From positions 62,001 through 126,000 of the forward strand of contig JBHGNT010000017.1 in the NCBI GenBank assembly GCA_043228905.1: 64,000 nt of DNA, given 5' to 3'. Below, piece by piece: positions 11,200 to 25,400 of the stretch. The notes under the pieces were generated by a model. The model ran no database searches and was not told the origin of the DNA. It was given only the letters and a program-made list of their open reading frames with translations. Both the position numbers and the translations under genes were made by a program. The DNA is from Azolla caroliniana (lineage: Eukaryota; Plantae; Polypodiophyta). Within the stretch, counting starts at the first letter, position 1. Each line of letters opens with the position of its first letter.

Positions 11200-14100
11200 C
11201 TTGGATTCGCATGTTTGAACACACAAATCCAATATCACACTAGCCAGGAATGAATAGTTTCAATTACTAACGGGCTCTTCTCTACGACCTTCTATATCAT
11301 AGCTAGCTTTGTTAGCTTCGATTCGCATGTTTGAACACAAAAATCCGATATCACACGAGACAGGTATGAACATTTTGATTTATTAACGCGCTCTTCTCCA
11401 CTACCTCCTCAAATTTGCTAATTTCGTCATGTCTCTGGACTTGAGTTTCAAATTCTTGATTTGTTAGATTCGATTCGCATGTTTGAACACAAAAATCCGA
11501 TATCACACGAACCAGGTATGACCATTTTAATTTACTAACGCGCTCTTCTCCACTACCTCCTCAAATTTGCTAATTTCGTCATGTCTTTGGACTTGAGTTT
11601 GAAATTCTTGATTTTTTAATTCCATATCATAGCAAGCGTTGTTAGCTTCGATTAGCATGTTTGAACACAAAAATCCTATATCACACGAGCCAGGTATGAA
11701 CATTTTAATTTACCTACTAGCTTTTGTCAACTCCCTCCTCAAATTTGCTAATTTCTTCATGTCTCTCGATCTGAATTTCAAAATCTTGGTTTTTTAATTC
11801 TATATCATAACTAGATTTGTTAGCTTCGATTCGCATGTTTGAACACAAATATCCAATATCACAGGAGCCAGGTATGAACATTTTAATTTACGAACGCGCT
11901 CTTCTCCACTACCTCCTCAAATTTTGCTAATTTCGTCATGTCTCTCGACCTAAGTTTCAAAATCATGATTTTTTAATTCCCATATCATAGCAAGCGTTCT
12001 TAGCTTCGATACGCATGTTTGAACACAAAAATGCAATATCACTCGAGCCAGGTATGAACATTTTAATTTGCTCACGGGCTCTACTCAACTCCCTTCTCAA
12101 ATTTGCTAATTTCTTTATGTCTTTCGACCTGAGTTTCACAAAAATCCAATATCACACGAGGCAGGTATGAACATTTTAATTTGCTCACGGGCTCTTCTCA
12201 ACTCCCTTCTCAAATTTGCTAATTTCTTCATTTCTTTCGACCTGAGTTTCAAAATCTTGATTTTTTAATTCCATATTAGAACTAGCGTTGTTAGTTTCGA
12301 TTCGAATGTTTGAACACAAAAATCAGATATCATATGAGCCATGTCTGAACATTTTAATTTACTTACTAGCTCTTGTCAACTCCCTCCTCAAATTTGCTAA
12401 TTTCTTCATGTCTGTCGAACTGAGTTTCAAAATCTCTATTTTTTAATTCCATATCAGAACTAGCGTTGTTAGCTTCGATTCGAATGTTTGAACACAAAAA
12501 TCCGATATCATACGAGCCAGGTATAAACATTTTAATTTTCCTACTAGCTCTTGTCAACTCCCTCCTCAAATTTGCTAATTTCTTCATATCTCTCGACCTG
12601 AGTTTCAAAATTTCGATTTTCTAATCCCATATCAGAACTAGCGTTGTTAGCTTCGATTCGAATGTTTGAACACAAAAATCCGATATCATACGAGCCAGGC
12701 ATGAACATTTTAATTTACCTACTAGCTCTTGTCAACTCCCTCCTCAAATTTGTGAATTTCTTCATGTCTCTCGACCTGAGTTTGAAAATCTTGATTTTTT
12801 AATTCCATATTAGAGCTAGTGTTATTAGCTTCGATTCGCATGTTTGAACACAAAAATCCAATATCACACGAGCCAGGAATGAATGGTTTCAATTACTAAC
12901 GGGCTCTTTTCTACGACCTTCTATATCATAGCTAGCTTTGTTAGCTTCGATTCGCATGTTTCAACACAAAAATCCGATATCACACGAGCCAGGTATGAAC
13001 ATTTTAATTTACCTACTAGCTCTTGTCAACTCCCTCCTCAAATTTGTGAATTTCTTCATGTCTCTCGACCTGAGTTTGAAAATCTTGATTTTTTAATTCC
13101 ATATTAGAGCTAGTGTTATTAGCTTCGATTCGCATGTTTGAACACAAAAATCCAATATCACACGAGCCAGGAATGAATGGTTTCAATTACTAACGGGCTC
13201 TTCTCTACGACCTTCTATATCATAGCTAGCTTTGTTAGCTTCGATTCGCATGTTTCAACACAAAAATCCGATATCACACGAGCCAGGTATGAACATTTTA
13301 ATTTATGAACGCGCTCTTCTCCACTACCTCCTCAAATTTGCTAATTTCGTCATGTCTCTGGACTTGAGTTTCAAATTCTTGATTTGTTAGATTCGATTCG
13401 CATGTTTGAACACAAAAATCCGATATCACACGAACCAGGTATGACCATTTTAATTTACTAACGCGCTCTTCTCCACTACCTCCTCAAATTTGCTAATTTC
13501 GTCATGTCTTTGGACTTGAGTTTGAAATTCTTGATTTTTTAATTCCATATCATAGCAAGCGTTGTTAGCTTCGATTAGCATGTTTGAACACAAAAATCCT
13601 ATATCACACGAGCCAGGTATGAACATTTTAATTTACCTACTAGCTTTTGTCAACTCCCTCCTCAAATTTGCTAATTTCTTCATGTCTCTCGATCTGAATT
13701 TCAAAATCTTGGTTTTTTAATTCTATATCATAACTAGATTTGTTAGCTTCGATTCGCATGTTTGAACACAAATATCCAATATCACAGGAGCCAGGTATGA
13801 ACATTTTAATTTACGAACGCGCTCTTCTCCACTACCTCCTCAAATTTTGCTAATTTCGTCATGTCTCTCGACCTAAGTTTCAAAATCATGATTTTTTAAT
13901 TCCCATATCATAGCAAGCGTTCTTAGCTTCGATACGCATGTTTGAACACAAAAATGCAATATCACTCGAGCCAGGTATGAACATTTTAATTTGCTCACGG
14001 GCTCTACTCAACTCCCTTCTCAAATTTGCTAATTTCTTTATGTCTTTCGACCTGAGTTTCACAAAAATCCAATATCACACGAGGCAGGTATGAACATTTT

Positions 14101-17100
14101 AATTTGCTCACGGGCTCTACTCAACTCCCTTCTCAAATTTGCTAATTTCTTCATTTCTTTCGACCTGAGTTTCAAAATCTTGATTTTTTAATTCCATATT
14201 AGAACTAGCGTTGTTAGTTTCGATTCGAATGTTTGAACACAAAAATCAGATATCATATGAGCCATGTCTGAACATTTTAATTTACTTACTAGCTCTTGTC
14301 AACTCCCTCCTCAAATTTGCTAATTTCTTCATGTCTGTCGAACTGAGTTTCAAAATCTCTATTTTTTAATTCCATATCAGAACTAGCGTTGTTAACTTCG
14401 ATTCGAATGTTTGAACACAAAAATCCGATATCATACGAGCCAGGTATAAACATGTTAATTTTCCTACTAGCTCTTGTCAACTCCCTCCTCAAATTTGCTA
14501 ATTTCTTCATATCTCTCGACCTGAGTTTCAAAATTTCGATTTTCTAATCCCATATCAGAACTAGCGTTGTTAGCTTCGATTCGAATGTTTGAACACAAAA
14601 ATCCGATATCATACGAGCCAGGCATGAACATTTTAATTTACCTACTAGCTCTTGTCAACTCCCTCCTCAAATTTGTGAATTTCTTCATGTCTCTCGACCT
14701 GAGTTTGAAAATCTTGATTTTTTAATTCCATATTAGAGCTAGTGTTATTAGCTTCGATTCGCATGTTTGAACACAAAAATCCAATATCACACGAGCCAGG
14801 AATGAATGGTTTCAATTACTAACGGGCTCTTTTCTACGACCTTCTATATCATAGCTAGCTTTGTTAGCTTCGATTCGCATGTTTCAACACAAAAATCCGA
14901 TATCACACGAGCCAGGTATGAACATTTTAATTTACCTACTAGCTCTTGTCAACTCCCTCCTCAAATTTGTGAATTTCTTCATGTCTCTCGACCTGAGTTT
15001 GAAAATCTTGATTTTTTAATTCCATATTAGAGCTAGTGTTATTAGCTTCGATTCGCATGTTTGAACACAAAAATCCAATATCACACGAGCCAGGAATGAA
15101 TGGTTTCAATTACTAACGGGCTCTTCTCTACGACCTTCTATATCATAGCTAGCTTTGTTAGCTTCGATTCGCATGTTTGAACACAAAAATCCGATATCAC
15201 ACGAGCCAGGTATGAACATTTTAATTTATGAACGCGCTCTTCTCCACTACCTCCTCAAATTTGCTAATTTCGTCATGTCTCTGGACTTGAGTTTCAAATT
15301 CTTGATTTGTTAGATTCGATTCGCATGTTTGAACACAAAAATCCGATATCACACGAACCAGGTATGACCATTTTAATTTACTAACGCGCTCTTCTCCACT
15401 ACCTCCTCAAATTTGCTAATTTCGTCATGTCTTTGGACTTGAGTTTGAAATTCTTGATTTTTTAATTCCATATCATAGCAAGCGTTGTTAGCTTCGATTA
15501 GCATGTTTGAACACAAAAATCCTATATCACACGAGCCAGGTATGAACATTTTAATTTACCTACTAGCTTTTGTCAACTCCCTCCTCAAATTTGCTAATTT
15601 CTTCATGTCTCTCGATCTGAATTTCAAAATCTTGGTTTTTTAATTCTATATCATAACTAGATTTGTTAGCTTCGATTCGCATGTTTGAACACAAATATCC
15701 AATATCACAGGAGCCAGGTATGAACATTTTAATTTACGAATGCGCTCTTCTCCACTACCTCCTCAAATTTTGCTAATTTCGTCATGTCTCTCGACCTAAG
15801 TTTCAAAATCATGATTTTTTAATTCCCATATCATAGCAAGCGTTCTTAGCTTCGATACGCATGTTTGAACACAAAAATGCAATATCACTCGAGCCAGGTA
15901 TGAACATTTTAATTTGCTCACGGGCTCTACTCAACTCCCTTCTCAAATTTGCTAATTTCTTTATGTCTTTCGACCTGAGTTTCACAAAAATCCAATATCA
16001 CACGAGGCAGGTATGAACATTTTAATTTGCTCACGGGCTCTACTCAACTCCCTTCTCAAATTTGCTAATTTCTTCATTTCTTTCGACCTGAGTTTCAAAA
16101 TCTTGATTTTTTAATTCCATATTAGAACTAGCGTTGTTAGTTTCGATTCGAATGTTTGAACACAAAAATCAGATATCATATGAGCCATGTCTGAACATTT
16201 TAATTTACTTACTAGCTCTTGTCAACTCCCTCCTCAAATTTGCTAATTTCTTCATGTCTGTCGAACTGAGTTTCAAAATCTCTATTTTTTAATTCCATAT
16301 CAGAACTAGCGTTGTTAGCTTCGATTCGAATGTTTGAACACAAAAATCCGATATCATACGAGCCAGGTATAAACATTTTAATTTTCCTACTAGCTCTTGT
16401 CAACTCCCTCCTCAAATTTGCTAATTTCTTCATATCTCTCGACCTGAGTTTCAAAATTTCGATTTTCTAATCCCATATCAGAACTAGCGTTGTTAGCTTC
16501 GATTCGAATGTTTGAACACAAAAATCCGATATCATACGAGCCAGGCATGAACATTTTAATTTACCTACTAGCTCTTGTCAACTCCCTCCTCAAATTTGTG
16601 AATTTCTTCATGTCTCTCGACCTGAGTTTGAAAATCTTGATTTTTTAATTCCATATTAGAGCTAGTGTTATTAGCTTCGATTCGCATGTTTGAACACAAA
16701 AATCCAATATCACACGAGCCAGGAATGAATGGTTTCAATTACTAACGGGCTCTTTTCTACGACCTTCTATATCATAGCTAGCTTTGTTAGCTTCGATTCG
16801 CATGTTTCAACACAAAAATCCGATATCACACGAGCCAGGTATGAACATTTTAATTTACCTACTAGCTCTTGTCAACTCCCTCCTCAAATTTGTGAATTTC
16901 TTCATGTCTCTCGACCTGAGTTTGAAAATCTTGATTTTTTAATTCCATATTAGAGCTAGTGTTATTAGCTTCGATTCGCATGTTTGAACACAAAAATCCA
17001 ATATCACACGAGCCAGGAATGAATGGTTTCAATTACTAACGGGCTCTTCTCTACGACCTTCTATATCATAGCTAGCTTTGTTAGCTTCGATTCGCATGTT

Positions 17101-19100
17101 TCAACACAAAAATCCGATATCACACGAGCCAGGTATGAACATTTTAATTTATGAACGCGCTCTTCTCCACTACCTCCTCAAATTTGCTAATTTCGTCATG
17201 TCTCTGGACTTGAGTTTCAAATTCTTGATTTGTTAGATTCGATTCGCATGTTTGAACACAAAAATCCGATATCACACGAACCAGGTATGACCATTTTAAT
17301 TTACTAACGCGCTCTTCTCCACTACCTCCTCAAATTTGCTAATTTCGTCATGTCTTTGGACTTGAGTTTGAAATTCTTGATTTTTTAATTCCATATCATA
17401 GCAAGCGTTGTTAGCTTCGATTAGCATGTTTGAACACAAAAATCCTATATCACACGAGCCAGGTATGAACATTTTAATTTACCTACTAGCTTTTGTCAAC
17501 TCCCTCCTCAAATTTGCTAATTTCTTCATGTCTCTCGATCTGAATTTCAAAATCTTGGTTTTTTAATTCTATATCATAACTAGATTTGTTAGCTTCGATT
17601 CGCATGTTTGAACACAAATATCCAATATCACAGGAGCCAGGTATGAACATTTTAATTTACGAACGCGCTCTTCTCCACTACCTCCTCAAATTTTGCTAAT
17701 TTCGTCATGTCTCTCGACCTAAGTTTCAAAATCATGATTTTTTAATTCCCATATCATAGCAAGCGTTCTTAGCTTCGATACGCATGTTTGAACACAAAAA
17801 TGCAATATCACTCGAGCCAGGTATGAACATTTTAATTTGCTCACGGGCTCTACTCAACTCCCTTCTCAAATTTGCTAATTTCTTTATGTCTTTCGACCTG
17901 AGTTTCACAAAAATCCAATATCACACGAGGCAGGTATGAACATTTTAATTTGCTCACGGGCTCTACTCAACTCCCTTCTCAAATTTGCTAATTTCTTCAT
18001 TTCTTTCGACCTGAGTTTCAAAATCTTGATTTTTTAATTCCATATTAGAACTAGCGTTGTTAGTTTCGATTCGAATGTTTGAACACAAAAATCAGATATC
18101 ATATGAGCCATGTCTGAACATTTTAATTTACTTACTAGCTCTTGTCAACTCCCTCCTCAAATTTGCTAATTTCTTCATGTCTGTCGAACTGAGTTTCAAA
18201 ATCTCTATTTTTTAATTCCATATCAGAACTAGCGTTGTTAGCTTCGATTCGAATGTTTGAACACAAAAATCCGATATCATACGAGCCAGGTATAAACATT
18301 TTAATTTTCCTACTAGCTCTTGTCAACTCCCTCCTCAAATTTGCTAATTTCTTCATATCTCTCGACCTGAGTTTCAAAATTTCGATTTTCTAATCCCATA
18401 TCAGAACTAGCGTTGTTAGCTTCGATTCGAATGTTTGAACACAAAAATCCGATATCATACGAGCCAGGCATGAACATTTTAATTTACCTACTAGCTCTTG
18501 TCAACTCCCTCCTCAAATTTGTGAATTTCTTCATGTCTCTCGACCTGAGTTTGAAAATCTTGATTTTTTAATTCCATATTAGAGCTAGTGTTATTAGCTT
18601 CGATTCGCATGTTTGAACACAAAAATCCAATATCACACGAGCCAGGAATGAATGGTTTCAATTACTAACGGGCTCTTTTCTACGACCTTCTATATCATAG
18701 CTAGCTTTGTTAGCTTCGATTCGCATGTTTCAACACAAAAATCCGATATCACACGAGCCAGGTATGAACATTTTAATTTACCTACTAGCTCTTGTCAACT
18801 CCCTCCTCAAATTTGTGAATTTCTTCATGTCTCTCGACCTGAGTTTGAAAATCTTGATTTTTTAATTCCATATTAGAGCTAGTGTTATTAGCTTCGATTC
18901 GCATGTTTGAACACAAAAATCCAATATCACACGAGCCAGGAATGAATGGTTTCAATTACTAACGGGCTCTTTTCTACGACCTTCTATATCATAGCTAGCT
19001 TTGTTAGCTTCGATTCGCATGTTTCAACACAAAAATCCGATATCACACGAGCCAGGTATGAACATTTTAATTTATGAACGCGCTCTTCTCCACTACCTCC
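11200..19100. repeat. 1923-bp 12-mer higher-order repeat, ~4 near-identical copies
   Basis: ORFs recur at 12366/14289/16212/18135 and 12883/14806/16729/18652; unit = 152+178+178+180+113+178x4+116+178+116. Confidence 0.95.
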
Positions 19101-22100
19101 TCAAATTTGCTAATTTCGTCATGTCTCTCGACCTGAGTTTCAAAATCATGATTTTTTAATTCCCATATCATAGCAAGTGTTGTTAGCTTCGATTCGCATG
19201 TTTGAACACAAAAATCCAATATCACACGAGCCAGGTATGAACATTTTAATTTACCTACTTGCTCTTGTCAACCCCCTCCTCAAATTTGCTAATTTCTTCA
19301 TTTCTCTCGACCTGAGTTTCTACATATTAATTTTTTAATTCTATATCTTAGATATCGTTGTTACCTTCGATTAGCATGTTTGAACACAAAAATACAATAT
19401 CGCACGAGCCAGGTATGAACATTGTAATTTGCTCACGGGCTCTACTCAACTCCCTCCTCAAATTTGCTAATTTCTTCATGTCTTTCGACCTGAGTTTTAA
19501 AATCATGATTTTTTAATTCCATATCAGAACGAGCGTTTTTAGCTTCAATTCGAATGTTTGAACACAAAAATCAGATATCATATGAGCCATGTATGAACAT
19601 TTTAATTTACCTACTAGCTCTTGTCAACTCCCTCCTCAAATTTGTTAATTTCTTCATGTCTTTTGTTCTGAGTTTCAGAATCTTGATTTTTTAATTCCAT
19701 ATCAGAACTAGCGTTGTTAGCTTCGATTCGAATGTTTGAACACAAAAATGCGATATCATACGAACCAGGTATAAACATTTTAATCTACCTACTAGCTCTT
19801 GTCAACCCCCTCCTCAAATTTGCTAATTTCTTCATGTTTTCGACCTGAGTTTCAAAATCTTGATTTTTTAATTCCATATTAGAACTAGCGTTGTTAGCTT
19901 CGACTCGATTGTTTGAACACAAAAATCAGATATCATATGAGCCAGGTATGAACATTTTAATTTACCTACTAGCTCTTGTCAACTCCCTCCTCAAATTTGT
20001 TAATTTCTTCATGTCTCTCGACCTGAGTTTCAAAATCTTGATTTTTTAATTCCTTATTAGAGCTAGTGTTATTAGCTTCGATTCGCATGTTTGAACACAG
20101 AAATCCGATATCACACGAGCCAGGAATGAATATTTTCAATTACAAACAGGCTCTTGTCTACGACCTTCTATATCATAGCTAGCTTTGTTAGCTTCGATTC
20201 GCATGTTTGAACAGAAAAATCCGATATCACACGAGCCAGGTATGAACATTTTAATTTACCTACTAGCTCTTCTCCACTACCTCCTCAAATTTGCTAGTTT
20301 AGTCATCTCTTTGGACTTGAGTTTCAAATTCTTGTTTATTTTTTTCCATATCATTGCAAGCATTGTTAGCTTCGATTCGCATGTTTGAACACAGAAATCC
20401 AATATCACACGAGCCAGGTATGAACATTTTAATTTACCTACTAGGTCTTCTAAACTCCCTCCTTAAATTTGCTAATTTCGTCATGTCTCTCGACCTTAGT
20501 TTCAAAATCTTAATTTTTTAATTCCATATAATAGCAAGCGTTGTCTACTTCGATTCGCATGTTTGAACACAAAAATCAGATATCATATGAGCCATGTATG
20601 AACATTTTAATTTACCTATTAGCTCTTGTCAACTCCCTCCTCAAATTTGTTAATTCCTTCATGTCTCTCGATTTGAGTTTCAGAATCTTGATTTTTTAAT
20701 TCCATATCAGAACTAGCGCTGTTAGCTTCGATTCGAATGTTTGAACACAAAAATCCGATATCATACGAGCCAGGTATGAACATTTTAATTTACCTACTAG
20801 CACTTGTCAACTCCCTCCTCAAATTTGCTAATTTCTTCATATCTCTCGAGTTGAGTTTCAAAATTTTGATTTTCTATTCCCATATCAGAACTAGCGTTGT
20901 GAGCTTCGATTCGACTGTTTGAACACAAAAATCCCATATCATACGAGCCAGGTATGAACATTTTAATTTACCTACTAGCTCTTGTCAACTCCCTCCTCAA
21001 ATTAGTTAATTTCTTCATGTCTCTCGACCTGAGTTTCAAAATCTTGATTTTTTAATTCCATATTAGAGCTAGTGTTATTAGCTTCGATTCGCATGTTTGA
21101 ACACAAAAATCCATTATCACACGAGCCAGGAATGAATATTTTCAATTACTAACGGGCTCTTGTCTACGACCTTCTATATCATAGCTAGGTTTGTTAGCTT
21201 CGATTCGCATGTTTGAACAGAAAAATCCAATATCACACGAGCCAGGTATGAACATTTTAATTTACTAACGCGCTCTTCTCCACTACCTCCTCAAATTTGC
21301 TAATTTCGTCATCTCTCTGGACTTGAGTTTCAAATTCTTGTTTTTTTAATTCCATATCATTGCAAGCGTTGTTAGCTTCGATTCGCATGTTTGAACACAG
21401 AAATCCAGTATCACACGAGCCAGGTGTGAACATTTTAATTTACCTACTAGCTCTTCTAAACTCCCTCCTTAAATTTGCTAATTTCTTCATTTCTCTCGAC
21501 CTGAGTATCAAAATCTTGATTTTTTAATTCCATATCAGAGCTAGCGTTGTTAGCTTCGATTCGCATGTTTGAACACAAAAATCTGATATCACATGAGCCA
21601 GGTATGAACATTTTAATTTACCTACTAGCTCTTGTCAACCCCCTCCTCAAATTTGCTAATTTCTTCATGTCTTTCGACCTGAGTTCAAAATCTTGATTTT
21701 TTAATTCTATATCATAGATAGCGTTGTTACCTTCGATTCGCATGTTTGAACACAAAAATCAGATATCACAGGAGCCAGGTATGAACATTTTAATTTACCT
21801 CCTAGGTCTTGTCAACCCCCTCCTCAAATTTGCTAATTTCTTCATGTCTCTCGACCTGATGTTCCAAAACTTGATGTTTTAAATCTATATCATAGATAGC
21901 GTTGTTACCTTCGATTCGCATGTTTGAACACAAAAACCAGATATCACAATAAGCCAGGTATGAACATTTTAATTTATGAACGCGCTCTTCTCCACTACCT
22001 CCTCAGATTTGTTAATTTCATCATGTCTTTCGACCTTAGTTTCAAAATCTTGATATTTTAATTCTATATCATAGCAAGCGTTGTCTGCTTCGATTCGCAT

Positions 22101-22429
22101 GTTTGAACACAAAAATCCGATATCACACGAGCCATGTATGAACATTTTAATTTACCTACTAGCTCTTGTCAACTACCTCCTCAAATTTGCTAATTTTTTC
22201 ATGTCTCTCGACCTGAGTTTGAAAATATTTATTTTTGAATTCTATATCATAGCTAGCTTGTTAGCTTCGATTGGCATGTTTGAACAGAGAAATCCGATAT
22301 CGCACAAGCGAGCTATGAACATTTTAATTTGGTCACTAGCTCTTGTCAACTCCCTCCTTAAATTTGCTAATTTCTTCATGTCTCTCGACTTGAGTTTCAA
22401 AATCTTGATTTTTTAATTCCATATTAGAG

Positions 22430-25400
22430 CTAGTGTTATTAGCTTCGATTCGCATGTTTGAACACAAAAGTCCGATATCACACGAGCCAGGAATGAATAT
22501 TTTCAATTACTAACGCGCTCTTCTAAACCCCCTCCTCAAATTTGCTAATTTCTTCATGTCTCTCGACCTGAGTTTAAAAATCTTGATTTTTTAATTCCAT
22601 ATTCGAGCTAGTGTTATTAGGTTCGATTCGCATGTTTGAACACAAAAATCCGATATCACACAAGCCAAAAATGAATATTTTCAATTACTAACGGTCTCTT
22701 GTCTACGACCTTCTATATCATAGCTAGGTTTGTTAGCTTCGATTCGCATGTTTGAACACAAAAATCCGATATCACAGGAGCCAGGTATGAAAATTTTAAT
22801 TTACTAACGTGCTCTTCTCCACTACCTCCTCAAATTTGCTAATTTCGTCATGTCTCTGGACTTGAGTTTCAAAATCTTGATTTTTTAATTCCATATCATA
22901 GCAAGCGTTGTTAGCTTCGATTCGCATGTTTGAACACAGAAATCCAATATCACACGAGCCAGGTATGAACATTTTAATTTACCTACTAGCTCTTTTAAAC
23001 TCCCTCCTTAAATTTGCTAATTTCTTCATTTCTCTCGACCTGAGTTTCAGAATCTTGATTTTTTAATTCCATATCAACCCCCTCCTCAAATTTACTAACG
23101 CGCTCTTCTCCACTGCCTCCTCAAATTTGCTAACTTCGTCATGTCTCTGGACTTGAGTTTCAAAATCTTGATTTTTTAATTCCATATCAATGCAAGCGTT
23201 GTTAGCTTCGATTCGCATGTTTGAACACAAAAATGTAATATCACACGAGCCAGGTATGAACATTTTAATTTATCTACTAGCTCTTGTCAACCCCCTCCTC
23301 AAATTTGCTAATTTCTTCATGTCTTTTGACCTGAGTTTCAAAATCTTGATTTTTTAATTCTATATCATAGATAGCGTTGTTACCTTCGATTCGCATGTTT
23401 GAACACAAAAATCAGATATGACACGAGCCAGTTATGAACATTTTAATTTATTAGCGCACTGTTCTCGATTAGCTTTGTTAGCTTCGATTCGCATTTTGGA
23501 ACACAAAAATGTAATATCACACGACCCAGGTATGAACATTTTAATTTACCTACTAGCTCTTGTCAACCCCCTCCTCAAATTTGTGAATTTCTTCATGTCT
23601 CTCGACCTGAGTTTTAAGATCTTGATTTTTTAATTCCATATTAGAGCTAGTGTTATTAGCTTCGATTCGCATGTTTGAACACAAAAGTCCGATATCACAC
23701 GAGCCAGGAATGAATATTTTCAATTACTAACGCGCTCTTCTAAACCCCCTCCTCAAATTTGCTAATTTCTTCATGTCTCTCGACCTGAGTTTAAAAATCT
23801 TGATTTTTTAATTCCATATTCGAGCTAGTGTTATTAGGTTCGATTCGCATGTTTGAACACAAAAATCCGATATCACACGAGCCAAGAATGAATATTTTCA
23901 ATTACTAACGGTCTCTTGTCTACGACCTTCTATATCATAGCTAGGTTTGTTAGCTTCGATTCGCATGTTTGAACACAAAAATCCGATATCACAGGAGCCA
24001 GGTATGAAAATTTTAATTTACTAACGTGCTCTTCTCCACTACCTCCTCAAATTTGCTAATTTCGTCATGTCTCTGGACTTGAGTTTCAAAATCTTGATTT
24101 TTTAATTCCATATCATAGCAAGCGTTGTTAGCTTCGATTCGCATGTTTGAACTCAGAAATCCAATATCACACGAGCCAGGTATGAACATTTTAATTTACC
24201 TACTAGCTCTTTTAAACTCCCTCCTTAAATTTGCTAATTTCTTCATTTCTCTCGACCTGAGTTTCAGAATCTTGATTTTTTAATTCCATATCAACCCCCT
24301 CCTCAAATTTACTAACGCGCTCTTCTCCACTGCCTCCTCAAATTTGCTAACTTCGTCATGTCTCTGGACTTGAGTTTCAAAATCTTGATTTTTTAATTCC
24401 ATATCAATGCAAGCGTTGTTAGCTTCGATTCGCATGTTTGAACACAAAAATGTAATATCACACGAGCAAGGTATGAACATTTTAATTTACCTACTAGCTC
24501 TTGTCAACCCCCTCCTCAAATTTGCTAATTTCTTCATGTCTTTTGACCTGAGTTTCAAAATCTTGATTTTTTAATTCTATATCATAGATAGCGTTGTTAC
24601 CTTCGATTCGCATGTTTGAACACAAAAATCAGATATGACACGAGCCAGTTATGAACATTTTAATTTATTAGCGCACTGTTCTCGATTAGCTTTGTTAGCT
24701 TCGATTCGCATTTTGGAACACAAAAATGTAATATCACACGACCCAGGTATGAACATTTTAATTTACCTACTAGCTCTTGTCAACCCCCTCCTCAAATTTG
24801 TGAATTTCTTCATGTCTCTCGACCTGAGTTTTAAGATCTTGATTTTTTAATTCCATATTAGAGCTAGTGTTATTAGCTTCGATTCGCATGTTTGAACACA
24901 AAAATCCAATATCACACGAGCCAGGAATGAATAGTTTCAATTACTAACGGGCTCTTCTCTACGACCTTCTATATCATAGCTAGCTTTGTTAGCTTCGATT
25001 CGCATGTTTAAACACAAAAAGCCGATATCACACGAGCCAGGTATGAACATTTTAATTTATGAACGCGCTCTTCTCCACTACCTCCTCAAATTTGCTAATT
25101 TCGTCATGTCTCTCGACCTGAGTTTCAAAATCATGATTTTTTAATTCCCATATCATAGCAAGTGTTGTTAGCTTCGATTCGCATGTTTGAACACAAAAAT
25201 CCAATATCACACGAGCCAGGTATGAACATTTTAATTTACCTACTAGCTCTTGTCAACCCCCTCCTCAAATTTGTTAATTTCTTCATTTCTCTCGACCTGA
25301 GTTTCAACATATTAATTTTTTAATTCTATATCTTAGATATCGTTGTTACCTTCGATTAGCATGTTTGAACAAAAAAATACAATATCGATAGAGCCAGGTA

